This document shows positions 40,101-51,909 of a stretch of 64,000 nt of DNA, one piece after another. The first letter of the stretch is position 1. Every line of letters starts with the position of its first letter. Below the pieces are notes generated by a model. It did not search any database. It was not told the origin of the DNA and was given only the letters and a program-made list of their open reading frames with translations. Source of the DNA: Lama guanicoe (lineage: Eukaryota); contig MU053876.1 in assembly GCA_013239625.1 (NCBI GenBank), forward strand, positions 175,394 to 239,393. Reading direction: 5' to 3'. Position numbers and translations under genes: made by a program.

Positions 40101-41956
40101 ACAACATTTACAGTTACAGAAAATGTAATAATGGTTAAAAAATATTGTCCCAAACCTGCTGGTACAGATTTTTTCTGGATGACTGTAATTCACAACTCTC
40201 TCCTGGGATGAAATGAACATTCCTGAAAAAAATGCCTAAGCAACCTTCCAGTAAACTTCAATGGAATTAAGACTTGCTCTGGGAAACCATTCACTCACCT
40301 AAGCAGTTGACTATTAGTGAAGAATCTAATGACCCTCAATTCTTTTTTCTGTTATCTAAGTTTAATGATGATTATCTGACCATTTTTTTTTCCCCTACCA
40401 AACGTCCCTACCAAGGCTGTATCTTGACTTATGGGAGGTCTTTTTCTTTGCAGCAAAACCTGTAATAAAACTTCAATATATGCTTATAACTAAAGTGTGG
40501 CATTTTTAATAATTCATTAAAATTAACTAAAGCGGATGCACAAGTGAGATAGAAAGTGACCATTTCCAGCTTAATTTAAAGAATATCTGGATTATATTTG
40601 GTCATAACCTAGCAGGGGCACTACTTACAAAAGAATCAAGGTGTTTCACTTGACTAAATTGATACGTTTATGCATTCTGAACAAGCAAATAGTATTCTTA
40701 ATAAAACCCACTTTTTTCATAATCATAATAGGGAGGTATGCATTTTAATACAAAAATAAGACGCTTCAAATAAGCTAAAATACTGAGCTAAGTCATCTTC
40801 TCCTTACTCAAAGATAAACATGAATTTCCTTTCTTTTTCAACAAGTCTCAAATTATTCTGAATTGTGAATAAAGTTTCAACAGAAAACATTTCTATTAGA
40901 AATGTTAGAAAACAGATGACCATTTTATTTTTGATGGTTTTGGGTGCCTCAACCGATTTTGGTTAACATTCTTCAAAAACTCTACCAGCAAAAACATACC
41001 TTTTGGTAGTTTGCTTTTATTTTGTAAAGCGCATTAGTCAGGCAATCAAAAAAAGGGCTGATTCTTGTCCAAAATACTAAGAACACTGAACTGATGTCCC
41101 AGCCTGATAAACTGAAGTGAATGGATCTTTCTAAAAGATTAATACAGACTTTTAAATATTTTTAAAATGTCATGTTTAGGTTACGTTGTCACCTTGGTTC
41201 ATAATAGCTGCGACTTTTCACTTAAATCTGAAGCAAAAAGAGAGGCTTAACAACAATAAAAACATATTTTAAAGTAAACCCTGGAGCTGAATCCATCCTT
41301 TGATGAACTGACTGATGAATTAAAACGCGATTCAAAAACATCTTCCAACAGAACACCGACTCAAACGATACGTAAACCCTCAGTTGACAAAATACTACGT
41401 AAGGGAGGCGAGGGGCGTTGCTGTTGCTCATCGGCAGTTACCAAGGATAAAATTCGCTATGAGGACCGTTTTCTCTTTTATTCGTGTAACCAGAAACAGG
41501 CTACAGCTTGAGGGGCTTCATCTGGCTGCGATCCCCGAAGACGGCGAGGAATTCAACTACTCGCGACCCCACAGCCCAGGACCTGTCCCTTTTCCAGAAA
41601 TAACCGAGGAGGCGCGGCCGGGTACAACCCCTAATTCCGAAGCTCCGCCCTGGAGTCGACAGAGTCCACATTTTTTAAGGAGCAGAGCTCTGGATAACCA
41701 GGAGACCTGGAGCAGCGCCCCCAAAAGAGCGGCGGCGGTTAACGGCTCCCCCGCAGGCACGCATCGTCACAGGTTCCCGCGTTTGTGGCCACCGCGAGGC
41801 GAGCGCCGGAAACCCGCAAGAGCGCTACCAAGCGGAGCCAACTCGCGCCGCACCGCTCCACACCGCTCGGGAACCCCCAGCGGAGACTGAGAGGAAAGAG
41901 GACAGCGATGAAGGAGACCGTCGGCCCAACGGCCGCCACGGGGGCTAACGTCTTAC

Positions 41957-42450
41957 CCAAGTCGGCTCCGCCTCCACCTCCGCCTCCCGCGTCACTGAGG
42001 CCCCGCCGGCCCGCCGCGGAGGCTCACGGGACGCGTAGTACGAAACGGCCCCGGCCTCCTGCCGCGGAGGCTCACGGGACACGTAGTACGCAGCAGCCCC
42101 GGCCTCCTGCCGCGGAGGCTGACGGGAGGCGTAGTACGCCGCGTCCCCTTTCTCCCTCCACCCCCAGCACGGGCTTCGCGAACGCTCTCCCGGCTCCCTT
42201 GGGCCTGACTTCCGGTTTGCTGGCGCAGCGCAGGCGTCCAGCCGCGGACAACGGGAGTCCTTTTTCCAGCCGTGCGCCGATCGCCCTCCCGCCCAGCCCC
42301 CTCGCCGGCGCGCCCCCTGACGGGGCCGGTCCCCCCTGACCGGGCGGGCGCCGGCGGGCCGGGGTCCCGCGCGCCTGTTGCCGGGTGACGGGCCTTCTCC
42401 GGCGGCGGCTCGGCCCTCGGCCCGCGCCTCCTTCCAGAACCTCCGAGGCC
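41957..42450 (-). other. ZCWPW2: Probable non-coding exon 1 of ZCWPW2 (3' boundary 41957; 5' end approximate)
   Basis: Strong minus-strand donor TGG/GTAAGA at 41956-41951 inside the CpG island, facing the ZCWPW2 coding exon. The TSS cannot be determined from sequence. Confidence 0.6.
42013..42138. repeat. 48-bp GC-rich tandem repeat, about 2.6 copies
   Basis: gccgcggaggct(c/g)acggga..cgtagtacg recurs at 42013, 42061 and 42109. Confidence 0.95.
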
Positions 42451-42662
42451 CCAGTCGACCGCCGCCGAAGCGAGAGAAATGGGAGTCCCTCCGCGGCGCC
42501 CCCGGAGCGGCTGTCTTCGCTGGGGAAGCGGCAGTGTCTTCGAGGAAACCGGAAACCCATGGTGACCCCTTGGCGACCCGGTTTGTTTTCCGTCCGTTTC
42601 CACACATTGGAGAATCGAAACTCGGCGGCCCTGGGGGCGGCCTCACGGAGCCCGTCGTCGGG
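42440..42662 (+). other. AZI2: AZI2 non-coding exon 1 (3' boundary 42662; 5' end approximate)
   Basis: Consensus donor GGG/GTGAGT at 42663-42668 within the CpG island, upstream of the ATG-bearing exon at 54303. TSS is inferred only. Confidence 0.75.
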
Positions 42663-44736
42663 GTGAGTGACTGGCTTTGGCCGGGTGGGGCGCGGGCAGT
42701 GGCGGGACCACCCTCCGCTGCGGTGGCTGGTGCGGAGAGACGCGTCACTGGACCGGCGGCGTCCCGCCCCGGCATTCCTTACCCCGTCCCCTCGGGCTCG
42801 AGCCGCTCCAGGCCCCGCTCGGTCCTCACTTCCCCCGAGTGCTCTGCTTCCCTGGGCACCTTCAGGTCTGTTTCATTTAGTGTGACTGCGTTTCGGTCGG
42901 AGACGAAAGAGGAGCGCGTGGCTAGGACACTAGTGCCGGGGCAATGTACAGCAGCCCTCTGTGCGTAATCGAGGGCTGACAGTACGAATTCGTCCGTTTT
43001 CCAGTTTAACCTTGGGTTCAGTATGGTTTTCGATCATGCCGGGTAGGCTGAGACCCTCGTCCCTGCAAACTAGAAACTCAGACACCCGGAAATGAGAGGA
43101 AACACTCAAAAAGCTGTAATACAGATGAAAGCAAAAGTGCTCCAGGCTGTGCTGGAGATACACTGAGACGATCAGAGGCAGCGACTTACTAGTAGTGACA
43201 TTGACCCATGCCTCCTCAACATAGAAGACGCTTGCTTTTTTACTTCTGGAATTTTAAATTGAATTGAACAAGATCTCAAGGAGTAATTTAAATTCCAGTT
43301 CCCAAAACTTGTCACGTGTAATTTATCTACCTGTTGTGATCACTCCTGACATCGTCTGTAAGTTAGAAATGGTCGTCCCTCACAAGGTGGTTAAATTTTA
43401 ATTCGAGAACGGTTGTAAACAAACGTAAGGGTTTAATATTAAGGAAACATTGTAGCGAAACGGGAAATGCAGTGGATTAAGTCAACATTAACCCAGAATC
43501 AGAGGGCTGAATTTTCCACTTACTCACTTGGCTCTGAGGAAGAGATCAAATTTCTTCCTCATCTTTCTTTTCTCTAAAATGGGAATAATACTTCCTCTCC
43601 AAGGCACCAAAGCATAGTTTCCAAGAGTTTGGTTGGTCTAGAGCCAACTAGCCATTTTTTTCATTACTGGCTTCATCTGTGATAGATGGAAATTCTTGCC
43701 CACCTGGTAGGTCTTACGTAGATTTAATGAATTGTTATGAAAAACAAATGAGATAATTCCCTTAAAAGACAAAGCGCACTGCCTGCCACACCAACACAGC
43801 ACATTGTCATCGTTATTAAATAAACTATGATAAAGTACTTCATAATCAGTGTAACTTTTTTCTCTTTCTTTTGGCACATATATTCTGGTTTAAAGTACAG
43901 TTGTCTTCTCACTATCAGAGAAGAATTAATAATAGGACTAGTAACATTTAGTGTGTAAAGATGCCCAGTTGCATTGAGATGTATCACTTCTTGAAAGGAA
44001 TGAAAAGAGTGAGACTACTCTTCATACCTGTGCTAACCCAGAAAGAGTCCTGATTCCTTGGCTGTACAAACTGACTTCTGGAATAAGGCAGTTAGGTAAC
44101 TCAGTGAGGGTTATAAAAATGAAAAGGGGTTTTCCGTACTGTGTATCTGATGCTAAGTCCATTTGGGGGCATTCACTGAGTTATAGGCCATTCGAATGCT
44201 GAGGTGCACAGATACACTGTGTCTTGAAGAAAGGCTCTTGATCCCTTCCATGTAAACTGTATGTGTACTGTATCTTTTACTCAGTTTCTGGCAAATCTGT
44301 GAATTCCTTTCTGTTTAAGGTGCCATTGCATGTTCACATTAAAACTTTGCTTTCACAATATAGGAAGGTGGCATCTCACAGATGTATTTCAACTCTGGCA
44401 TCTTACTGGTGGGAAAATTTGGATTTGGAGTGGTAAACTAATCAATGGTCAAGGTGGCAGATCTTAACTAGAGTCTGGGTTTCTGAATCTCAGGCCAGTG
44501 TTCTTTCTGCCACTGAGTTCTGCCTTATCCAGATTCTTATTGAGAAAATGAGAATCCATTTTGTGTTGCCTCTCAGAATGTAGTATTAAGGGCACAAATT
44601 TGGAAGAAGGCATACCTGGGTTCACATCCCACCTTTGCTGCTGATTGTGTAGTGCTAGGCAAGGTATTGAATTTTTCTAGGGCTTTGTTTATCAATTAGG
44701 ATAATGGTACCTACCCAAGAAGTAGGAAAATGCATG

Positions 44737-47700
44737 CTGTCCAGAAGAAATATTCCTCTACCCTAACTTTATTCCAGCCAACCTGAGGAGGATTACAATC
44801 TGGAGATGGTCTTTCAGAAAGTTCTGAGGGCTCTTCTGCCCCTTAGAGATCAAAGCATGGTTATATAAATTCTTGAGACAAAGAATTATACATCAGATGA
44901 CATATTACTGACAGCTTACACAATCCAGATCTAAGTGTACAAAGTGAATAGTGGGTCATGGGTCAGTGTGGCCCCTTACAAGATCAAGAAGGAAAGTTGT
45001 CTCCTAAGGATCAAATACTTGGTCCCCCGTTTCCATGGTGGCTGCTTACCTGCCCTGGGTCCATCAGGTCCCTTGGTATCAGGTTTTAATAGCCTGATTC
45101 CTTCCTTTTAGGGAGTTATGAGAGTAGATGTCTGGCAAGCACTAATGGTCAATTCCAAGTTGTCTGGAATTGATTATCTTTTGCATGTGCATTGTGCATG
45201 CTCATTAATTTATGGAGAACTATGTATGCAGTCAGAATTGGCAATAGGAGTAATAATGTCATTGGTAAAGGTTTAAGCCAGGATCCTCCTAAACCAAACC
45301 ATTTTCCTAGTATTTTTCCTAAACTGGGAAGAGGATCATTCAAAGTGGAAATTTGACTCTTCATTTGTGTTATGAAGTAACAGATATCTCAGCCAAACGG
45401 TCATACCGTTGGAAAACTGATAGAAACCCAGGATACTAGCATTAAAGGCAGATGGGCAGGGGCTATTTCGAAGGCTACCCAGAGGTGACCTTGAGCCGAA
45501 GGGAAACCAATTGCACTATTTCTAAACAACCTGGGGAGAGCCAAGGCCATAAACTTGTTCCATAAGTCCATTGGGTCCCCTTAGGAGATACATAATATTT
45601 AACATCTAGTGAAAAGGAGTATTTATAGCCAGGTTCAGAACAGGTGTCATTAATTGTCCAGGTGAGAACCTCACTTAGTGATACGGGTGGTAGCTTGCAC
45701 AGTGCTAGAGTTTCTTCAAAAAATAAGGACCATCCAGTTAGCACTCTGGAGAGGAGAAATCCAGCAAGGAAACCTAGGAGTACTGGACATAGGTAATTGC
45801 CACAAACCCAGCAACTGGATTGAATTTTTGAAACTTGCAAATGATTGAGCCCAGGGAAGATAGACATTTGGTTCATAAGCAAAAGTGTGAGCAGTTGTCA
45901 AAGTAATATTATACAGGCCTGGACCAGCATCTTGGGTCAGCTATCTACTTCAGATGTTGTTGTCTTCTCGTCCTAGTCTGGTAGTGCTAGTTAGTCAAGG
46001 TCAGGTGTCAGCAACAGGGGTTATAGTTCGTCCAGGAGAGGGCCTGATAGGGTCCTGTCCCGCATGGCTGTAGAGTCTTTTATCTCATGTCTTTTCCAGT
46101 ACACATAATCTCCTGGTTGCCAGTCATGGCAAATCTGATCTTCATCCAAAGAGAGGTTGCTGTGATAAGCTTCAGAAACAAACTTAAGAGGGTCATTTTA
46201 ATAATCCAATTAAACATTACAATAATATAACATAACAAGGAGACATCTGAGAAGTGAGTCTTAGGCAGTAAATACAAAAACCTTAATTAAAACTAGAATT
46301 TAATGTCCACCGAAACATAAACTTTTAATCTCTATAATTACCCTCATTTCTACGAAATATAGCCAAATTAAAACTAATCTGTTTGCAAAATAAGTCTGCC
46401 TAATTGACCACTTAGACTCTTAAACTGGCTCTGTTGGAACTTGTCATAAGTAATCTTGGATTGAACCTCTCAAGGCCAGGAAAATACACCAGGGGCTTGC
46501 CACATGTTCTGCCTGCAGTATCTGTAGATTGGAGTGAATTCCTCTCTTTTTGAGGTCTCCAAAACACCTTGAGATTCCTGCACCTGGTAGGGGTCCTTCC
46601 TTGTTTACTGGATAAAGCTGCTGGAACCTAAGAGTTACCAATTTCTGCAGCGATCAGGTAGAGAGAAAAGGTAGATGAGTGTTTCGATTCTCCTTACAAA
46701 GGTATAATTTACCAAATTGCTGTAAGTCATAGTTAGCTGGAGGGGAAAGTTTTTTGGGTTTTTTTTTTTTTTGTATCTGGAAAACACATTAAAAACCAGT
46801 AATATTTTAACCAAAAACTAAAAATAGTATGACCATATTCATCAGTTCACTCAGTCCTGTGTGATTAATCCTTGATTTTAATCTTCTGTTAAGTTTTGTG
46901 AGACCATCAGGTTTTTCATTAGAATTCCTACATTTCTTACCAGCAGTATGATTTGAAAGTTGTCAGAAACCTATACTTGTCAAAAAGTCCTTCCTGTGAC
47001 TCTTTTGGAAGACAGAGCATTTTTGCAAAAGTGTCAGAATAAAAAGATAACTTTGTAAGAACTTACACAGTCTGTTATCAAAAATAGTATTCTGAGAAAA
47101 CCTTGTTCTCTGAACAGAGAAGCAGACCACACTCCAGTCCTGCATCAGCTTATTTTTAATAACAAAATTCATTCACTTATTTAAATTCAGTCTAACCTTA
47201 CCAAATCCTAACCATACACAAAACTCTTCTCGATTTCCTTTTCAGCAAACCTTCTATGACATCGTTTTTGCCTTCAGATCTGTTCTGTGCTTTCTCTTTC
47301 ATGTCGTTAGGACAAAATGACTTTCCTCACTTCCCTTAACTAAATGCGTTTCCACTCCTCATACCTTTTTCCTTGCACACAAAATGTTTTTCTTATCAAT
47401 GTTTAGCAGTTTTAATTGCATATTTTACTTAGAATTCTCAACTCTTGAAAACCTTAGAAGTAAGCAATTTTGGACTGTCTTTTCCGTTAGCATTCCTTAG
47501 ATCAGCAGACTTATAAATACTACTTTTAATTCTAAAAACAGGTGCTTCCTTATAGAAAATGTCTCAGTGTGGTGCCAGACATATTTATTAATGGTCCTAA
47601 ATATCTTTAGTTTCTCTGTAAAAGGAAGCCTGTATTCAGTAATTAATATTCCAGTATCTTATTTAGAAATGATCTGAATAGTCCGTGAATTCCCATCATT

Positions 47701-50169
47701 TAACTTAACAGTTTCAAGTTCCCAAAATCCTGAAGAACTATTTTTATGTAGACATTCCTAAAAACATAATTTATTCCTAAAGAGTTTATCCCAAAACTCA
47801 TTTACATTTAATTTCATCATATCAAGTTATTTTTCTTGCTGACAAATTATTAACAGGAATAATGTAAGATCTTACTTTATTTGTAGTAAATCTAGATACA
47901 ACGAAGGTATTATACTTAATGACGATGACTCTAAACAGCTGCCTGTTAACTAAACCAACAAACTTAAACTTGTTTTCATTCATTAAAATTATGATTTCAG
48001 ATCACGTGATTCTGAAATTCATTTGAGTTTTCTGAGTATGAGTGCTTCATTTGCGTTAAGCCAATTAAATAGAGCTGTTTTACAAATTAATTTTGGCAAA
48101 TCACACATTTACAACACACACAGACACAAAGACACCCCATAGTTTTCATTCCAAACTTTCAACCATGAACAGGCACAGTAAATGTAAAGTTCTGAAAGAA
48201 ATTGGATTCAAATTGGGTGTGGGGCAGATGGTTGAGTCAGACCAGTGGCCTCCCATCTTGGTAACCCATTTACAGAAACTCTTGAGGATCCTCCCTGGGG
48301 AAGATCCTGACTATAATTCCTTGCCTGTAGCTCTCAGTTGGCCTTTGACCTGAAGAGGCTCACCTGCAGCGTCAGGTAGTTCCATAGCTCAAGGTAGTGT
48401 TTATTTAACAGTGTCTTCAGAGTGGGAAGGCAGTTCAGGTAGAGGGTTACTTAAAGGCGGGTCGAAGGTAGGAATAGTAATGTCAGCCTTAAAGGGGTTT
48501 TTTGTCGGTTAATTTCACAAACCTTTTATAGCATTAATCTTTCAGTAGCCTTCTACAGATCTTTCAGTCAGGCTGTTTTGGAACTCTGAAGTCTTTGGGG
48601 GCTTCTGCATACCAATCAAAATAGGTAAAATAGTTTAAGATGAGAGCTCTCTAAAATTTTAACAATTTACAAGTCTTCCCAAGTCAAAGGAGCCAAGGAG
48701 CTAGCCCTACAAATATTTTCTCCTGCTAATCTAATTTTAAAAAAGAGGAAAAATTCTTACCACTCTTGTTTCCAGTAGATCCTGCAGGCAGGGACCCAGG
48801 AGACTGACTGACGTGGTAAGAACTTTCCTTCTGCCAGCTTTCCCTAACTGTGCATGCAGAAATCAGCTTTGGAATGCTAAAAAGAGGGCCCCATCTTGGC
48901 TGTTTTGGGGCAGGATTTCCTTTAATTCCCAATTAAATAAGCACTTGGAAGCGTACGTAAACCCAGCTGGTATCCCCATAGGTGGCTGGCTGTCCAGGAG
49001 CGGTTTGGCCTTTCAGATGCAGTTTCCCATCATCAGTCTGGTAGTCTAATTCAGATGTGAGATATTCACTGAACAGCTTCCTGAGGACAGTGTGGTAGAT
49101 GGGAACATGTGCTCTTCTGAGTCTGGCTCTCCAAAGAGTTACCCTTGGGCCTGTCCCACTTGTTTACGTGTCTCGGTTTCTCCCTCCCACAGCAAAACCA
49201 CTGAATGTTCAGAATACAAGGTGATCAGTCTATATATTGAGCGTCCTTGGAAGAGCAGCATTTACTTAATGGTTGTAGTGGGATTCCCTGTTGGAGCGCC
49301 GCATGTCCTACATGTTCCATGTGGCTGTCACGAGGATGGATCCTCAGATATTCCACTAGGTTCTCAGTCAGCTGAGAACACCTTGTGGCTGGAAGGAACA
49401 GATATCCCTGGCTTTTCAGAGCTGAATTAATTCAGCCTCTCATTTTACTAGCACAAGTTTTGTTCAGACCATATATCAATTTGGTTTTTTAATTTAAATC
49501 TTAGCAGAAACCCAGCCACCTATGTTTGCCTGGGCCTCCTGCCCAGATCCCCTTAGGCCCTCTGCCTAGGAAATGCCCCGGTAATTCTTAAGACTCCAAG
49601 TCTTAAGTAAAAATAGCTTGTGTACAATTTTTAGGATTATTCTTAAAAGTAATGAGATGCAGATAGCAGGAGAATTCACCAGAACACCTGAGCCATGCTG
49701 GTACCGAGTGCTGGTCCAGGGTAGACCCCGGGTGTCCTCTGGTGGGTGTCTCTGTTAGCCTGCCAGCCAGGACATGTCAACAAAAAGGTTAATCAATAGT
49801 CTGTCTGAGAAAGAAATGGAAAATTTTTATTTTAGCCAACGTGAAGATTGTATCAAGAGACAGTCTGTCAAAAAGCTCTGAGGACTACCCATCAGAGGTC
49901 AAAGCACAGTTACTTAAGTTTTTGAGAGAAAGGATCATACTTTAAATGACATATTAGTGATGGTGTACACAATCCAGAATTATAAGAGACATTTTTTTGG
50001 AGTGGTAAATCTGCCTCCCTGCTGTGAGGACATGCTAGTACCTGGCATTTGGTTAGTGAACAATAAATAGTAAATGTTAAGATGATTAAATATGACAGGA
50101 CAATCATATTTTTTCCTAGAAGAAAGACTAATCTGGTGTAGAAGATGATTCTGTGTTTTCTAGTATCTC
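44737..50169 (-). mobile_element. Degraded class I (ERV1, MER4-group-like) provirus in AZI2 intron 1: two diverged LTRs, gag and env remnants
   Basis: Diverged direct repeats at about 44770-44930 and 49827-49981 (agccaac..tga...tctgagg...agag.tcaaagca..gtta...ttgaga.aaag...atgacatatta.tga...tacacaatccaga). Env-like CWVC motif (45475-45882 ORF) and TM-end WFGLGGSW (45149-45364 ORF). Gag-like remnant near 48500-48780. Confidence 0.8.
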
Positions 50170-50376
50170 ACCCCCCAGTGTATATAGAATATCTCAACAA
50201 GGGTCCCCTCATTGTTGATTGCAGTAAAGACTGAAATTTAAGATCTTGAGAAATAATTCTGATGAGTAATGTTTGACTGTTTTTTCTTCTCCTTATGTCT
50301 CTCCCACAGCCTCAGGAAATACCATACACTTTTCTGCCTCATCTGGCTCATTGTGCCCATCTTTCTCCATTGATAT

Positions 50377-51050
50377 TGCAATACTGTGATTCATAAGAAA
50401 TAAATATGTGGTCATTCAGATGACTAAAATATATTTCTCATATATATTTTGTCTTAATCCATGGTTCCTTGGCTCACAGCTCCCCAAACCCTTGGAATTT
50501 CCTGAGACCATGGGAGCATCTTTTGTCATAATATTTGGCCTCTTGTTCTCAGTTCCTAAAATCTTTTCAGAGCCATAAAGGTGAAAAGGTTGTTACTTAT
50601 AACAAGAGTCTTTCCACCTTGACTGGGTTTATGTTGGTGAGGTGACTTTTGGAAAGCACCTGTGGATGGGGCCAGTTGCCAGGGAAGCAAGCAGGTGATG
50701 AGAGGATTGGAACTTTCAGTCCCACTGACCTGGGCAGCGCAGGGCCACGACAGGGACAGGGCCGGGAGGCTGAATCAATTCCAAGTGATTTAATCAATCA
50801 TGCCTATGTAATGAGGCCTCCATAGAAACCCAAAGAGGAGAGGGTTCAGAGAGTTTCCAGGTTGGTGAGCCAAGACTTTTCCATATGCCACTGCGCTGGC
50901 TTCAAACTCCGGGAGGGCAGAGGCTCTTCTGTTCAGCACCTAGCCCTGTGTATCTCTGTATCTGACTATTGATTCATACCTTTTAATGTTCTTTGTAATC
51001 AACAGTAGTCAAGTGAGTAAGAAGTGGGTTTCCTTAGTTCTCTGAGCTGC
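50377..51050 (+). mobile_element. MER21-like LTR
   Basis: acagctccccaaacccttggaatttcctgag...gattggaactttcagtccca...gatttaatcaatcatgcctatgtaatgaggcctccatagaaacccaaa...gggttcagagagtttccaggttggtga. Confidence 0.8.
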
Positions 51051-51909
51051 TCCATTCTGTACATAGTAGTTTGTATCTGCCAATCCCAAACTCTCAAACT
51101 ATCATTCCCTCCCCCTTTCTCCCCTAGTAACCATAAGTTTTTTTTCTGTCTGAGTCTCTTTCTGAATAACCAGTATTTTTGAGCACCTTCCACAGTGATG
51201 AGTTGGGGACACAGTGGTGAGCAAAGCAGATGTAACCTCTCGTGTCACAGAGCTCACATTCTATCAACTTCAGCCTGGGCAGATTACTGCACTTTTCCAG
51301 TCCCTTCCTATAAAACGTGGATGATAATCTACCTCATAGAATTGTTAGGATGAATTTAAATGAGATAATGTTTAAAGAATATAGTACATGGTACTGGGAC
51401 ATAGTGGGCACTCATATGTTAATTCCTTTGTCTTCTGTTGTGAACATAATCAATTTCTAGTGTAGAAAGAACATAGTGGAGTATGCAAAAAAATTCTGTA
51501 ATATGTTGTAAAGAATTATACTCAGAAAATTTATAATTTGGTGAGCTGTAAAACTTGTTACTTACATCTAAGAGTGGAAACATTGAGGAAGAAATATATG
51601 GGTATAAAATATTGAAAATTTTTTACCCTCTTAGTGAAAATGGTGTTTTACAATTTTTTGTAAAGCTTACTAATAATAGCTTAGATGACGGTTTTAAATG
51701 CTTTATAGATATCCACTTATTTAATATTCTTAAGAATTCTATGAAGTAGCTGTTGTTTCTTATACATTATAAAAAGGAACCTGAAGCAGAGAGGTCAGGC
51801 AACTTGCCCAAAGTCACATAGACACTAGAGCTCGGATTCAAATCCTGGCAGCCTGGTCCTGGAGTCCATGTTCTTAACCACTATGCAATACTGCCTATAA
51901 AAAAGATTT

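Larger units (their letters stand above)
41400..43100. promoter_or_regulatory. CpG island / bidirectional promoter shared by ZCWPW2 (-) and AZI2 (+)
   Basis: Abrupt GC- and CpG-dense block in an AT-rich background, with divergent splice donors at 41956 (-) and 42663 (+). Contains ETS/GABPA ACTTCCGG at 42208-42215, three ACTAYRNNNCCCR motifs at 42027-42135, and GC boxes. Confidence 0.93.

Noticed and set aside
42013..42138. CRISPR-like repeat/spacer appearance
   Set aside because: Mammalian DNA, the spacers are near-identical, and there are no cas genes. It is a minisatellite.
41384..42968. Many long overlapping ORFs (168-276 aa) on both strands
   Set aside because: Pro/Arg/Gly/Ala-rich low-complexity translations are expected in a stop-poor CpG island. 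The repeated PPAAEAHGTRST peptide only reflects the 48-bp DNA repeat. No recognisable domain.
45149..45901. Captured env / syncytin-like gene
   Set aside because: Multiple stops and frameshifts, with the TM ectodomain apparently deleted.
47995..48017. Near-palindrome TTTCAGATCACGTGATTCTGAAA
   Set aside because: It lies within the ERV internal region, is short, and has no evidence of independent function.
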